This document shows positions 9,927 through 24,909 of a DNA stretch of 42,405 nucleotides, one piece after another. How positions within the stretch are numbered: position 1 is the stretch's first letter; each line of letters opens with the position of its first letter. The position numbers were made by a program, and so were the translations under genes. Location of the stretch: the NCBI GenBank assembly GCA_016184305.1, contig JACPCX010000116.1, positions 1-42,405 on the forward strand, in the 5' to 3' direction. The notes under the pieces are model-generated. The model saw nothing but the letters and a program-made list of their open reading frames with translations. It did no database searches and was not told the DNA's origin. This stretch comes from Candidatus Rokuibacteriota bacterium. GTDB lineage: Bacteria > Methylomirabilota > Methylomirabilia > Rokubacteriales > CSP1-6.

Positions 9927-10265
9927 TCAGCGGGCGGGGCCGGGGCCGTGAGCGGGGGGCGGGGTCACGACGACCAGCACCAGGAGCGGCCGCTCCCCAT
10001 CGTTGACGAGACCGTGCTCGACTCCGGCCGGGGCCACCAGCGCCTCGCCGGCCTCGAGCCGCTCCTCGGCACCTCCAAGAGTGAAGCGGCCGGCGCCCTC
10101 GAGGACATAGTAGATCTTGTCCTGGGCGTCGTGGGTGTGCGCCTTCTGCGACTGGCCCGGCGCCACGCAGTAGAGATCCAGCAGCGCCCGCGGGGTCGCC
10201 GCCAGCGCCACCTTGGCCATCCGCTCCGGCGAGAGTTGCGCGCGGTCCCGGACGCGGATCTTCAT
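9927..10265 (-). CDS. Cupin-domain protein
   Basis: ATG at 10265; HTH..QDKIYYVLEG...APAGVEHG cupin motifs. Confidence 0.88.
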   Translation of the reverse strand: MKIRVRDRAQLSPERMAKVALAATPRALLDLYCVAPGQSQKAHTHDAQDKIYYVLEGAGRFTLGGAEERLEAGEALVAPAGVEHGLVNDGERPLLVLVVVTPPPAHGPGPAR

Positions 10266-11560
10266 CGGGCCTCCCCGCCCGGGCGCAGCGCGCGGGCGAG
10301 CAGCGTCACGGGATGCAGCACCTCCACCCTGAGCCCCAGCGCCCGGCACGCCCGGTCCATCTGCATGATGCAGCCCGGATTGCCCGCGGCGACGATGGAG
10401 ACTCCGGTCTCGCGGATGCGCTCCGCCTTCCGCCGCCCCAGCTCGGCCGCCATCCCGGGCTCGACGAGGTTGTACACCCCCGCGCTCCCACAGCAGAGAT
10501 CGCTCTCGGCAAGCTCGACGAGCTTCAAGCCGGGGATGCGTCCGAGCAGCGCCCGGGGCTCGGCTCGCACCTTCTGGCCGTGGGCCAGATGGCAGGCGTC
10601 CTGATACGTCACCGTCACCGGCAATTCCCCGAGCGGCAGGTCGGCGTCGACGAGGACCTCGGAGATGTCCTTCACCTTCTGCGAGAAGGCCTCCGCCTCG
10701 GGGTCCTGGAGCCAGTGGCCATACTCCTTGAGGGCCGAGCCGCAGCCGGCCGCATTGGCCACGATCACATCCACGTCACCGCGGAAGGACGCCACGAGCT
10801 GCTTGGCCATCGCCCGGAAGTCGTCGAGGCGCCCCGAGTGCAGATGCAGCGCCCCGCAGCACCCTTGCTCGCGAGGCGCCACGACCTCGTAGCCCGCGGC
10901 GGCCAGGAGCCGCGCCGTTTGGGCGTTGACGTCCGGATAGAAGAAACGCTGGACGCACCCCACGAGCAGCCCGGCCCGCCCGCGGGGCTTGCCCCCCCGA
11001 GCCGGGTTGAGCTCCTCGAGCCGGGCCGAGCCGGCCCCGGGCACCCGGGGCAGGAGCGCCTCCATCGTGCGGAGCCGCCTGAACGGAGCCAGGAGCCCGA
11101 GGCCGCGCACCAGCGCCTGGAGTCCCGACCCCTGATAGAGCCGGAGCGCCGGCAAGAGGGCGGCCATCCGATCCGGGTACGGGAAGAGCGCGAGCACCAG
11201 CGAGAGGGTGCCCTGATCACTCTCGGGCGAGCGGATGCCCCGGCGCGCGAGCTGGCCGCGTGTGGCCTCGAGCAAACTGCCGAAGGGCACCCCGGAGGGA
11301 CAGGCCGTCTCGCAGCCCCGGCAGCCGAGGCAGAGATCCAGGTGACGGGCGAGGGTCGGGGTGAGCGCGATCCGTCCATCGGCAGCAGCGCGCATGAGGT
11401 AGATCCGCCCGCGAGGCGAGTCCATCTCCTCGCCCAGCACGCGGTACGTCGGGCACTGGGGCAGGCAGATCCCGCAGTGCACGCAGGCCCGCAGGCCCTC
11501 CATGGATGGGGCGTCCTCGGCGTCGAGGTGCCCGAGTGCCGCCCCGCTCGCGACGGTCAC
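10262..11560 (-). CDS. glcF: Glycolate/2-hydroxyacid oxidase Fe-S subunit
   Basis: CVHCGICLPQCPTY, SPRGRI, CLGCRGCETACPSGV, two CCG domains. Confidence 0.92.
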   Translation of the reverse strand: MTVASGAALGHLDAEDAPSMEGLRACVHCGICLPQCPTYRVLGEEMDSPRGRIYLMRAAADGRIALTPTLARHLDLCLGCRGCETACPSGVPFGSLLEATRGQLARRGIRSPESDQGTLSLVLALFPYPDRMAALLPALRLYQGSGLQALVRGLGLLAPFRRLRTMEALLPRVPGAGSARLEELNPARGGKPRGRAGLLVGCVQRFFYPDVNAQTARLLAAAGYEVVAPREQGCCGALHLHSGRLDDFRAMAKQLVASFRGDVDVIVANAAGCGSALKEYGHWLQDPEAEAFSQKVKDISEVLVDADLPLGELPVTVTYQDACHLAHGQKVRAEPRALLGRIPGLKLVELAESDLCCGSAGVYNLVEPGMAAELGRRKAERIRETGVSIVAAGNPGCIMQMDRACRALGLRVEVLHPVTLLARALRPGGEAR

Positions 11561-12867
11561 AGTCCCCCCACGAATCGGCCGGGGCTCAGGATCCCGGACG
11601 GGTCGAACTGGCGCTTGATGCGTTTCATGATGTCAAGAGAATCCGGGGAGATAGGCCCCCAGACGTCAACCTTGTCCTTAACCTCTCGAGGCGCCCGCTC
11701 AACCACCAGGTATCCCCCCTCGGCCGAGAGCCCCTCGCGGAGTGACGCGACAGCCCTCGGGAGCCACCCGCCATTGAGGGCCGCGCGGCCGAGCGCGGCG
11801 CGGACGGCGCCGCTCCCCGCCTCGCCCAGGGCCGACACGGGCACCGCCGCTTCACCCGCGAGACGCTCCATCTCTTCGAGCCAGAAACAGAGCTTGCTCG
11901 GCTCCCCCCCCAGCCTGAGCCTGATCGGTCCGGCAAGGGCCGCCCCCAGCTCGAGCCAGAAGTCGTCGGGGATGGCGCTCACCGTGGCTCCCTGCCCGGT
12001 CGCGAGGCGCCGGAGGTCGCCGCCCTGGCTCTCCACGGCCTCGGCGCTGCTCCCCACCGAGATCGCCACCGCCGCCCGCGCCTGAGGCCGTGCCGCGGCC
12101 TTGAGCGCCGGCCCGTTCAACACGACCATCCGCTCGGGCTGGAGCGTGGAGTCCAGCACGCCGGCGACGAAGGCCGCCGCGCTGGCGTGGGAGGCGAAGG
12201 ACAAGAGCCAGGCGCCCGAGGCCGGCGGCATCGCATGCAGCCGGATGGTGGCTTCCACGATGACGCCGAGGGTGCCGAAGGAGCCCACCAGGAGCTTCGG
12301 CACGTCGTAGCCCGTCACCGACTTGACCACCTTCGATCCGCCCCAGGTGCTGGTGCCGTCGGCCTGGACGAAGCGCAAGCCCAGCAGGAGATCGCGGCCG
12401 CCGCCGTGGCGGAAGCGCAGCGGCCCGGTGGCACCGGTCGCGAGCAACCCGCCGATGCTCCGCGAGGCGCCGCCCACGGGATCCACCGGAAAGCGCTGGC
12501 GGTGCCGCCCGAGCGCCGCCCCGAGGGCGGCCAGCGACAGGCCCGCCTGGACGGTCGCCACCATGTCTTCGGGCGAGTGATCGAGGATGGCGCTCAGGCG
12601 GCCGCAGTCGACGAGCAGATCCACGCGGCCCGGCGGCATGCCGCAATCCAGGCTCGAGCCGCTCCCCCGCGGGATGACGTGGAGCCCCTCGGCCGATGCC
12701 AGCGCCAGGAGTCGGCTCACCTCCTCCACCGAGCCGGGCCGCGCAGCCCAGCGCGGGGTGACACCATCCACTGCAAGCGCGGCCAGCGCGGCGGCATCGC
12801 TCACGAGGCAATCGGCACCGACGATCGCGGCCAGCGCCTCTCGCAGCGCGGGGGCGGAGACGGCCAC
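11557..12867 (-). CDS. glcE: Glycolate oxidase FAD-binding subunit (GlcE-like)
   Basis: GSKVVKSVTGYDVPKLLVGSFGTLGVI, IKRQFDPSGILSPGRF. Confidence 0.88.
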   Translation of the reverse strand: MAVSAPALREALAAIVGADCLVSDAAALAALAVDGVTPRWAARPGSVEEVSRLLALASAEGLHVIPRGSGSSLDCGMPPGRVDLLVDCGRLSAILDHSPEDMVATVQAGLSLAALGAALGRHRQRFPVDPVGGASRSIGGLLATGATGPLRFRHGGGRDLLLGLRFVQADGTSTWGGSKVVKSVTGYDVPKLLVGSFGTLGVIVEATIRLHAMPPASGAWLLSFASHASAAAFVAGVLDSTLQPERMVVLNGPALKAAARPQARAAVAISVGSSAEAVESQGGDLRRLATGQGATVSAIPDDFWLELGAALAGPIRLRLGGEPSKLCFWLEEMERLAGEAAVPVSALGEAGSGAVRAALGRAALNGGWLPRAVASLREGLSAEGGYLVVERAPREVKDKVDVWGPISPDSLDIMKRIKRQFDPSGILSPGRFVGGL

Positions 12868-12870
12868 GGG

Positions 12871-14325
12871 CTAGACCCAGGTCCCGCTGGGCAGCGTGGG
12901 GGCCACCGGCCTGAACCCCTCGCCGCAGGCCGGGTGATCGGGCAGGAGCTTGCCGGGGTTCATGATGCCGTCGGGATCGAAGACCCGGCGGAGCCGTGCC
13001 ATGAAGTTCAGGTCCGCATCGGCGAACTGGTACGGCAAGTTCTTGGCCTTGTCGAGCCCCACCCCGTGCTCGCCCGTCACGCTGCCGCCCAGCTGAAGGC
13101 AGGCGTGGAGCAGCTCCTCGTTGGCCTGCTTGGCGCGGTCGAGCTCCCCCGGCACCCGGTCGTCGTAGCAGATGATCGGGTGCAGGTTCCCGTCCCCGGC
13201 GTGGAAGACGTTGGCGAAGACGAGACGGTGACGCGCCGAGATCGCTAGCATCTCGCGCATGACCTGAGGCAGCTTCGAGCGCGGCACGACGGCGTCCTGC
13301 AGCAGCCAGCTGGGCGTGATCCGGCCGATGACACCGGCAGCCTCCTTGCGCCCCTTCCAGAGCAGCGCCCGCTCGGCGTCGTTCTGCGCCACCCGGAGCT
13401 CCAGCGCCAGGTGGTCGCGGCAGATCTTCTCGATGCGGAGCGCCTGGGCCTCGATCTCGGCGCGGGGCCCGTCCAGCTCGATCAGGAGCACGGCGCTGGC
13501 CCCCTTCGGATACCCGGCGTGGATGCCCTCCTCGATGGCGCGGATCATCACCTCGTCCAGCATCTCGAGAGCGGCCGGGACGATCCCGTCGGCGATGATG
13601 GCAGACACGGTCTCGGAGGCGTCCTCGATCGTGGAGAACGAGGCGAGCAGCGTCTTGACGTCCTCGGGCAGGTGCAGGAGGCGCACCATGACCGCCGTCA
13701 CGAGACCGAAGGTCCCCTCCGCGCCCACCATGACGCCGGTCAGGTCGTAGCCGGGCCGGTCGTGGGCCTTGCCGCCCACCCACACCAGCTCCCCCGCGCC
13801 CGTCACCATCTGGAGGCCCAGGACATGGTTCACCGTGATGCCGTACTTCAGGCAATGCGGTCCGCCCGCGTTGGTCGAGACGTTGCCGCCGATGGAGGAG
13901 ACCATCTGGCTCGAGGGGTCGGGGGCGAAGAAGTAGCCGCGCTCCCGCGTCGCGTTGCTGAGCCACAGATTGATGAGGCCGGGCTCCACCGTCGCGCAGC
14001 GGTTCGCGACGTCCACATCGAGGATGCGGTTCATCCGCGTCATGGAGACCATGACGCCCCCCTGGGGAGCCATGGCGCCGCCGATGAGCCCGGTGCCCGA
14101 GCCGCGCGGGACGATGGGCACATGGGCCCCGCGACAGAGGCGGACCACGGCCGCCGCCTGCTCGGCGGATTCGGGCAGCACGACGACGTCCGGCATCCCC
14201 TTGTAGAAGGTGTGCATGTCGCACTCGTAGGTGAGCCGGCCCTCGAGGGTGGCGACCACACCCGCCCGTCCCACGATCCCGTCCAGCGCCGCGATCAGCC
14301 CCGCCTCCACGCTCACCCTACCCAT
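12871..14325 (-). CDS. glcD: FAD-linked oxidase (GlcD-like)
   Basis: PRGSGTGL, APDPSS, NAGGPHCLKYG, HAGDGNLHP, GEHGVG; start at 14325 or 14316. Confidence 0.9.
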   Translation of the reverse strand: MGRVSVEAGLIAALDGIVGRAGVVATLEGRLTYECDMHTFYKGMPDVVVLPESAEQAAAVVRLCRGAHVPIVPRGSGTGLIGGAMAPQGGVMVSMTRMNRILDVDVANRCATVEPGLINLWLSNATRERGYFFAPDPSSQMVSSIGGNVSTNAGGPHCLKYGITVNHVLGLQMVTGAGELVWVGGKAHDRPGYDLTGVMVGAEGTFGLVTAVMVRLLHLPEDVKTLLASFSTIEDASETVSAIIADGIVPAALEMLDEVMIRAIEEGIHAGYPKGASAVLLIELDGPRAEIEAQALRIEKICRDHLALELRVAQNDAERALLWKGRKEAAGVIGRITPSWLLQDAVVPRSKLPQVMREMLAISARHRLVFANVFHAGDGNLHPIICYDDRVPGELDRAKQANEELLHACLQLGGSVTGEHGVGLDKAKNLPYQFADADLNFMARLRRVFDPDGIMNPGKLLPDHPACGEGFRPVAPTLPSGTWV

Positions 14326-14348
14326 GCGTTGCTTCGAACCGCATGGGG

Positions 14349-15385
<1,037 letters not shown>

Positions 15386-15389
<4 letters not shown>

Positions 15390-17257
15390 GGCTTGGCCTC
15401 CAGGAGCTGGGCGATGGCCTCGTAGATCTCCTGGGTCTGCAGCGGCATCCCGCGCACGCGGTTGAAGCCCACGGCGTCCACGAGGTACTCGGCGCGGAGC
15501 ATGCGGACCAGCTGGCCGCTGTTGATCTCCGGCACGAGCACCCGGCGGTACTGACGCAGGATCTGGCCCAGGTCGGGCGGCAGCGGGTTCAGGTGGCGGA
15601 GGTGGATGGACGCCACCGCCTTGCCCTCCATCTGCGCCTCCTCGGTGGCCGCCGTGATGGCCCCGTAGGTTCCCCCCCAGCCGACCACCAGCACCTCGCC
15701 TCCGTGCGGGCCGTTGATGGTCGTGGGCGGGATCTCCTGGCCGACGCGCCGCACCTTCTCGGCGCGCATCCTCACCATGTGGTCGTGGTTGTCCGGGTCG
15801 TAGGAGATGTTCCCGGTCACGTCCTCCTTCTCGATGCCGCCGATCCGGTGCTCGAGCCCCGGCGTGCCGGGGCGCACCCACGGCCGCGCCAGCGTGGCCG
15901 CGTCGCGCAGGTACGGGAAGAATCCCTCCGCCTCGGTCCGGAACGTGACGGGGATGTCCGGCAGCGCCGTCGGGTCCGGGATGAGCCACGGCTCCGACCC
16001 GTTGGCGAGATAGCCGTCGGACAGCACGATCACCGGCACCATGTACTTCACGGCGATGCGGATCGCCTCGTAGGCGATGAAGAAGCAGTCACCCGGGCTC
16101 GCCGGGGCCAGGACGACCGCCGGCGCCTCGCTGTTGCGCCCGTACATCGCCTGCATGAGATCGGCCTGCTCGGTCTTGGTCGGCAGCCCGGTGCTGGGTC
16201 CGCCGCGCTGGACGTCGATGATCACCACGGGCAATTCGGCCATCACCGCCAGGCCGATGGCCTCGCCCTTGAGCGCGATGCCCGGGCCGCTCGAGGCGGT
16301 GACGCCGATGGCCCCGCCGAAGGCCGCGCCGATGATCGAGCCCATGGCCGCGATCTCGTCCTCGGCCTGGAAGGTCCGGATGCGGAAGCGCTTGTGCAGG
16401 GCCAGCTCGTGGAGGATGTCGCTGGCCGGCGTGATCGGGTAGGCGCCGAAGACCACCGGCAGCTGGGTGCGCTGGGCCGCCGCGAGCACGCCCCAGGCCA
16501 GCGCGCGGTTGCCGGTCATGCTGCGGTAGACGCCAGGCGCCATCTCCGCCGGCTCGATCCCGTAATGCTCGCTGAACATCTCCGCGGTCTCGCCGAAGGC
16601 GTGCCCGGCCTTGAGCACCCGGATATTGGCCTCGACGAATTGCGGGTTCCTCGCGAAGCGCTTCTTGATGGCGTCCAGCGAGGGATCCAGGGGGCGCGTG
16701 TAGATCCAGGAGACGAGCCCCAGCGCGAAGAAGTTCTTGCAGCGCTCCTTCTCCTGTGCCTTCAGCGGCAGATCTGCGAGCGCCTTCCTGGTGAGCCCGG
16801 TGATGTCCACCTGGTGGACGCGGTACTTCTCGGCGAGCCCCGCGTCGTCCAGCGGGTTGGACTGGTAGCCGGCCTTGGCCAGGTTGCGATCCTCGAAGGC
16901 TGCCGTGTTCACGATGAGGATGCCACCGGGCTTGAGGTCGCCGAGATGCACCTTGAAGGCCGCCGGGTTCATGGCCACCAGCGCATCGAGCTGGTCCCCG
17001 GGGGTGTACACCCGCTGGCTGCCGAACTGGAGCTGAAAGGAGGAGACGCCGAAGAGGGTGCCGGCCGGCGCGCGGATCTCCGCGGGGTAGTTGGGCAGGG
17101 TGGCGATGTCGTTGCCCGCCCAGGCCGCCTCGGTGGTGAACTGCTCGCCGGTGACCTGCATGCCGTCCCCCGAGTCTCCGGCGAAGCGAATCACGGCTCG
17201 CGTCAGCGTCCGTCGGGGCTTCCCGACGGCGGATGCGGGCGCCACGGTCTCGCTCAT
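15386..17257 (-). CDS. korA: 2-oxoacid:ferredoxin oxidoreductase alpha subunit (fused gamma)
   Basis: FAGDSGDG, YPAEIRAPAG, YPITPAS, QAEDEIAA, QRGGPSTGLPTK. Confidence 0.92.
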
Positions 17258-17395
17258 GCGCTCTGTCCTTTCCTGCTCTCCCGCTGCGCGCTCCCTACCG
17301 GCCGCGCCGGCACCGGCCAGACTCCGCGGCGGGGGGAGCCGCGGATCAGTGTGTCACCGGAGAGCCCTTCGGGGGGGTGCAAGAGCCCGAGGGCC

Positions 17396-17424
17396 ATGCT
17401 ACCGAACCGGACCTGGATTCGCAA
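17396..17424 (-). promoter_or_regulatory. Putative sigma70 promoter of the kor-glc-lut run
   Basis: TTGCGA-17 bp-TAGCAT on the minus strand, about 140 bp upstream of korA. Confidence 0.45.
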
Positions 17425-17461
17425 CTTTGCTGAGGTCTTCCTTCCTCGCGATGGGGTACGG

Positions 17462-18478
17462 TCACACCGCGGCCCCGCGCCGGGCCTCGTACTGGATCAC
17501 GGGGTTCGGCTCGCGCTCCACGTCGTCGAGGTTGGCGATGCGCAGCTCGCCCAGCTGGAAGAGGTATTCCACGTGGGCGCCCGCCTCCTCGAGGGCCAGG
17601 ATCCGGTTGTAGGACATCTGCTCCCCGAAGAGCCGCTTGGAGACGCCCACCAGCGACTGCGCCTCGCCGCAGATGTCCAGCACCTGATCGAGGCGCTTGC
17701 GGTGATGGGCGATGATGTCCTCGACGCGCCCCGAGATGTCCTCGATGGGCGTCTCGTGGCCCGGCAGCGCCACCGTCATGCCCTCGACGCGCCGGATCTT
17801 CTCCAGCGACTGGAGATACAGCTCGAGCCCGCAGAAGGGCGTGATCGAGGCCGGCGACTGATGCGGCGTGATGCGGGCCAGCACGTGGTCCGCGGTGAAG
17901 AGCAGATCCTCCACCTGGAGGCAGATCTGCCCCGGGCAATGGCCCGGCGTGTGATGCACGCGGTAGCCGTTGATGATCCGGTCCTGGTCGCGGACCGCGT
18001 GCTTGATCTCCACCGACTTGAAGAAGTCCTTCGAGAAGCGGTACAGCTCCTCGAGCGCGGCCCGCGCCGCGGGCTTCACCCCCGCCCGCTCCATGAAGAC
18101 GCGCAGGTCCTTGGAGGCCAGCACGATGCGCTCCTCGAAGTTGTTCAGCACGCGCGCGTCCAGCTCGTGCACGTACACCTCGGCGCCGCCCGGGCGGGCG
18201 AAGCGCCCCACCCAGCCGAAGTGGTCGATGTGGGCGTGGCTGATGATCACGTGCTGGACCTTCTCGAGGCTCACGTCCTCGCGGAAGCGCTCCCGCACCT
18301 CCGCGACGTGGCGCTCCAGCCCCTCGATGGACATCTCCGTGCCCGAGCCCACGTCGAAGAGCGTGATGCGGTCTCCGTCCAGGATCAGGTAGACGTTGTT
18401 GATGTGGCCCGGAAAGGTCTCCACGGGCATCATGTACACGCGAATGCCCGAGGCGGAGAGAAAGCGCGTCACGTCCAT
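17462..18478 (-). CDS. MBL-fold metallo-hydrolase
   Basis: SHAHIDHFG, HTPGHCPG, FTADH, LPGH. Confidence 0.92.
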   Translation of the reverse strand: MDVTRFLSASGIRVYMMPVETFPGHINNVYLILDGDRITLFDVGSGTEMSIEGLERHVAEVRERFREDVSLEKVQHVIISHAHIDHFGWVGRFARPGGAEVYVHELDARVLNNFEERIVLASKDLRVFMERAGVKPAARAALEELYRFSKDFFKSVEIKHAVRDQDRIINGYRVHHTPGHCPGQICLQVEDLLFTADHVLARITPHQSPASITPFCGLELYLQSLEKIRRVEGMTVALPGHETPIEDISGRVEDIIAHHRKRLDQVLDICGEAQSLVGVSKRLFGEQMSYNRILALEEAGAHVEYLFQLGELRIANLDDVEREPNPVIQYEARRGAAV

Positions 18479-18518
18479 GGCTCTACGGTACCATGACGTG
18501 CGGCGCGCCGTGGGCGGG

Positions 18519-18899
18519 TCAGCGAGACCGGTAGAGGCTGAGGCCCGGGACGTCCTCGAAGTCCGCCGGGTTGAGGGTCCAGAGGGCCGCCCCGTGCGCG
18601 AGCGCGCACGCGGCGATGGCGAGGTCCACGGCGCGAGCCCGGGGGCGTCGCGCCGCCCGGTGGAGGTCAGCCGCGACCGCCGCCTCTCGGGGCCCGAACG
18701 GGACGGCGGCCGCGGCCGGGAACAGGGCCTCCTGGGCCCGGAGCTCCTCGGGCGTCCGCGGCCCGCGCAGCCACTCGTACAGCGTCAGGGCGCTGATGCC
18801 GATGCGCTCCCCCGACTCGATGGCCGCGCGGATCTGCGCGGCGGAGCGCCGGTCGCGCGTGAGGGCGTCCACGAGCGCAGAGGGGTCGAGGTGGATCAT
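18519..18899 (-). CDS. vapC: PIN-domain toxin
   Basis: IHLDPSALVD, YEWLRG, DLAIAACA, WTLNPADF. Confidence 0.85.
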   Translation of the reverse strand: MIHLDPSALVDALTRDRRSAAQIRAAIESGERIGISALTLYEWLRGPRTPEELRAQEALFPAAAAVPFGPREAAVAADLHRAARRPRARAVDLAIAACALAHGAALWTLNPADFEDVPGLSLYRSR

Positions 18900-19198
18900 C
18901 GCCCCGCGCTGCGGGCTCGCCGGAGGCTCCCCGCCCGACGTGAGGCGCCGATCTCCTTCAGCTCGGCGTCCACGTCGCGGGCGGGTCGGGGACGGATCGC
19001 GGGAACCACGCGGTCGAAGACCTCGAGCAGGCGCCGCCGCTCGTCCTCGGAGAGCGTGCCGCTGCGCTCGTCGTAGTCGCGGATGGCCTCCCGCACCACC
19101 TGACTCTGGGGTCTGGACAGCCGCGCCGCCGTGCGGCGCAGCCGCGCGACGGTCTCGGCATCGAGGGTGAATGTCACCTTGGTCATCTCGATTGCCAT
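18896..19198 (-). CDS. Ribbon-helix-helix (CopG-like) antitoxin
   Basis: KVTFTLDAETVARL...SQVVREAI; overlaps the PIN start; alternative start at 19186. Confidence 0.8.
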   Translation of the reverse strand: MAIEMTKVTFTLDAETVARLRRTAARLSRPQSQVVREAIRDYDERSGTLSEDERRRLLEVFDRVVPAIRPRPARDVDAELKEIGASRRAGSLRRARSAGR

Positions 19199-19266
19199 AC
19201 TACCATACTGCTGGCTGCCATGGCCCTCGTGCTGATGAGGGCGCGGGCGGGTTCGCCATGCCGGGC

Positions 19267-20175
19267 TCAGGCTGGGGTGCTGCCGGCGCCCGCGTCGTCG
19301 GCCTTCTGCAGAAGCTCGATGAAGCGCGCCACCGCGGGCGTCAGGCGCTTGCCGCGCCGGTGGATGATGGCGATGGGGCGCACGAGCCCCGGGATGGCGA
19401 GCGGGACGGCGGCGAGCGTCCGGATCTCCACCTCCTTCAGCACGGTGGGCCGCGGCAGGATGCTGATGCCGGCGGCGATCCCGATGGCCTGCTTGATGGT
19501 CTCCACGTTGTCGAACTCCATGACGACGTTCACGCGCACGCTGTGCTGCTTGAGCGCGCGGTCGATGGTCTTGCGGATGGCCAGGTCGTGGTCGAAGGCG
19601 ACGAAGGCCTCGCCGTTGAGGTCGGCCGGGGTCACGCGCCGCTTGCGGGCCAGCCGGTGGCTCGGATGGGTCACGACCACCATGGGCTCCGAGCGGAGCG
19701 GGAGGACCTCCAGCGCGCGCGTGGCCGTCGGGTAGGAGAGGATGCCCACATCCGCCTCGTCGTTGAGCACGGCCTCCACCACCTTGTGCGGGTGCAGGCA
19801 CTCCAGCAGCACGCGCGCCTGCGGGTGCGCCGACATGAAGGGGTGCATGTGGCGGCTCATGTCGTGGAGCCCGACAGAGTAGATGGCGGCCACGCGCACC
19901 GTCCCCTCCACCCGCTGGCGCGAGGCGGCCAGCTCCGCGCGCGCCTGCTCGAAGCCCTGGAGCAGCGTCCGGCACGCCTCGAAGAAGCCGCGGCCCTCCT
20001 CCGTGGGCTGGAGCGGCCGGCGCGAGCGGTCGAGCAGCACGGCGCCGAGCTCGGCCTCGAGCTGCTGGATGGCCTGGCTCGCCGCCGACTGGGAGACGCC
20101 GCTGGCCGTGGCGCCCCGCGAAAAGCTTCGCAGCCGCGCCACCTCGCAGTAGAGCTTCAGGGTGTCGAGGTTCAC
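19267..20175 (-). CDS. LysR-family regulator divergent from gltBD
   Basis: SFSRGATASGVSQSAASQAIQQLEAELG HTH plus substrate-binding domain. Confidence 0.95.
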   Translation of the reverse strand: MNLDTLKLYCEVARLRSFSRGATASGVSQSAASQAIQQLEAELGAVLLDRSRRPLQPTEEGRGFFEACRTLLQGFEQARAELAASRQRVEGTVRVAAIYSVGLHDMSRHMHPFMSAHPQARVLLECLHPHKVVEAVLNDEADVGILSYPTATRALEVLPLRSEPMVVVTHPSHRLARKRRVTPADLNGEAFVAFDHDLAIRKTIDRALKQHSVRVNVVMEFDNVETIKQAIGIAAGISILPRPTVLKEVEIRTLAAVPLAIPGLVRPIAIIHRRGKRLTPAVARFIELLQKADDAGAGSTPA

Positions 20176-20191
20176 GACGCCACGCTACACT

Positions 20192-20258
20192 ATCAGCACG
20201 GCTAATGGAATGATTTTTCACGTTTGCGCTTGGCTAATGCCCCGGGCTGGTGTATCGT
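20192..20258. promoter_or_regulatory. LysR T-N11-A box and putative gltB promoter
   Basis: ATCAGCACGGCTAAT dyad (20192-20206); TTGGCT-17 bp-TATCGT (20230-20258). Confidence 0.5.
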
Positions 20259-20283
20259 CTCGCTTCAACATGGAGGACGCGCG

Positions 20284-24834
<4,551 letters not shown>

Positions 24835-24841
24835 CCCCAAC

Positions 24842-24901
24842 GGGGTCAGGTCTTGCATTACAACACAGTCCCGAAAATGCTGGATTGCAAGACCTGACCC
24901 C
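24842..24901. mobile_element. 60-bp non-autonomous mini-element (MITE/REPIN-like) with the Y1-element ends
   Basis: GGGGTCAGGTCTTGCATTACAACA + 12-bp spacer + TGCTGGATTGCAAGACCTGACCCC; perfect 16-bp inverted repeat. Confidence 0.85.
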
Positions 24902-24909
24902 ACCCTGGA

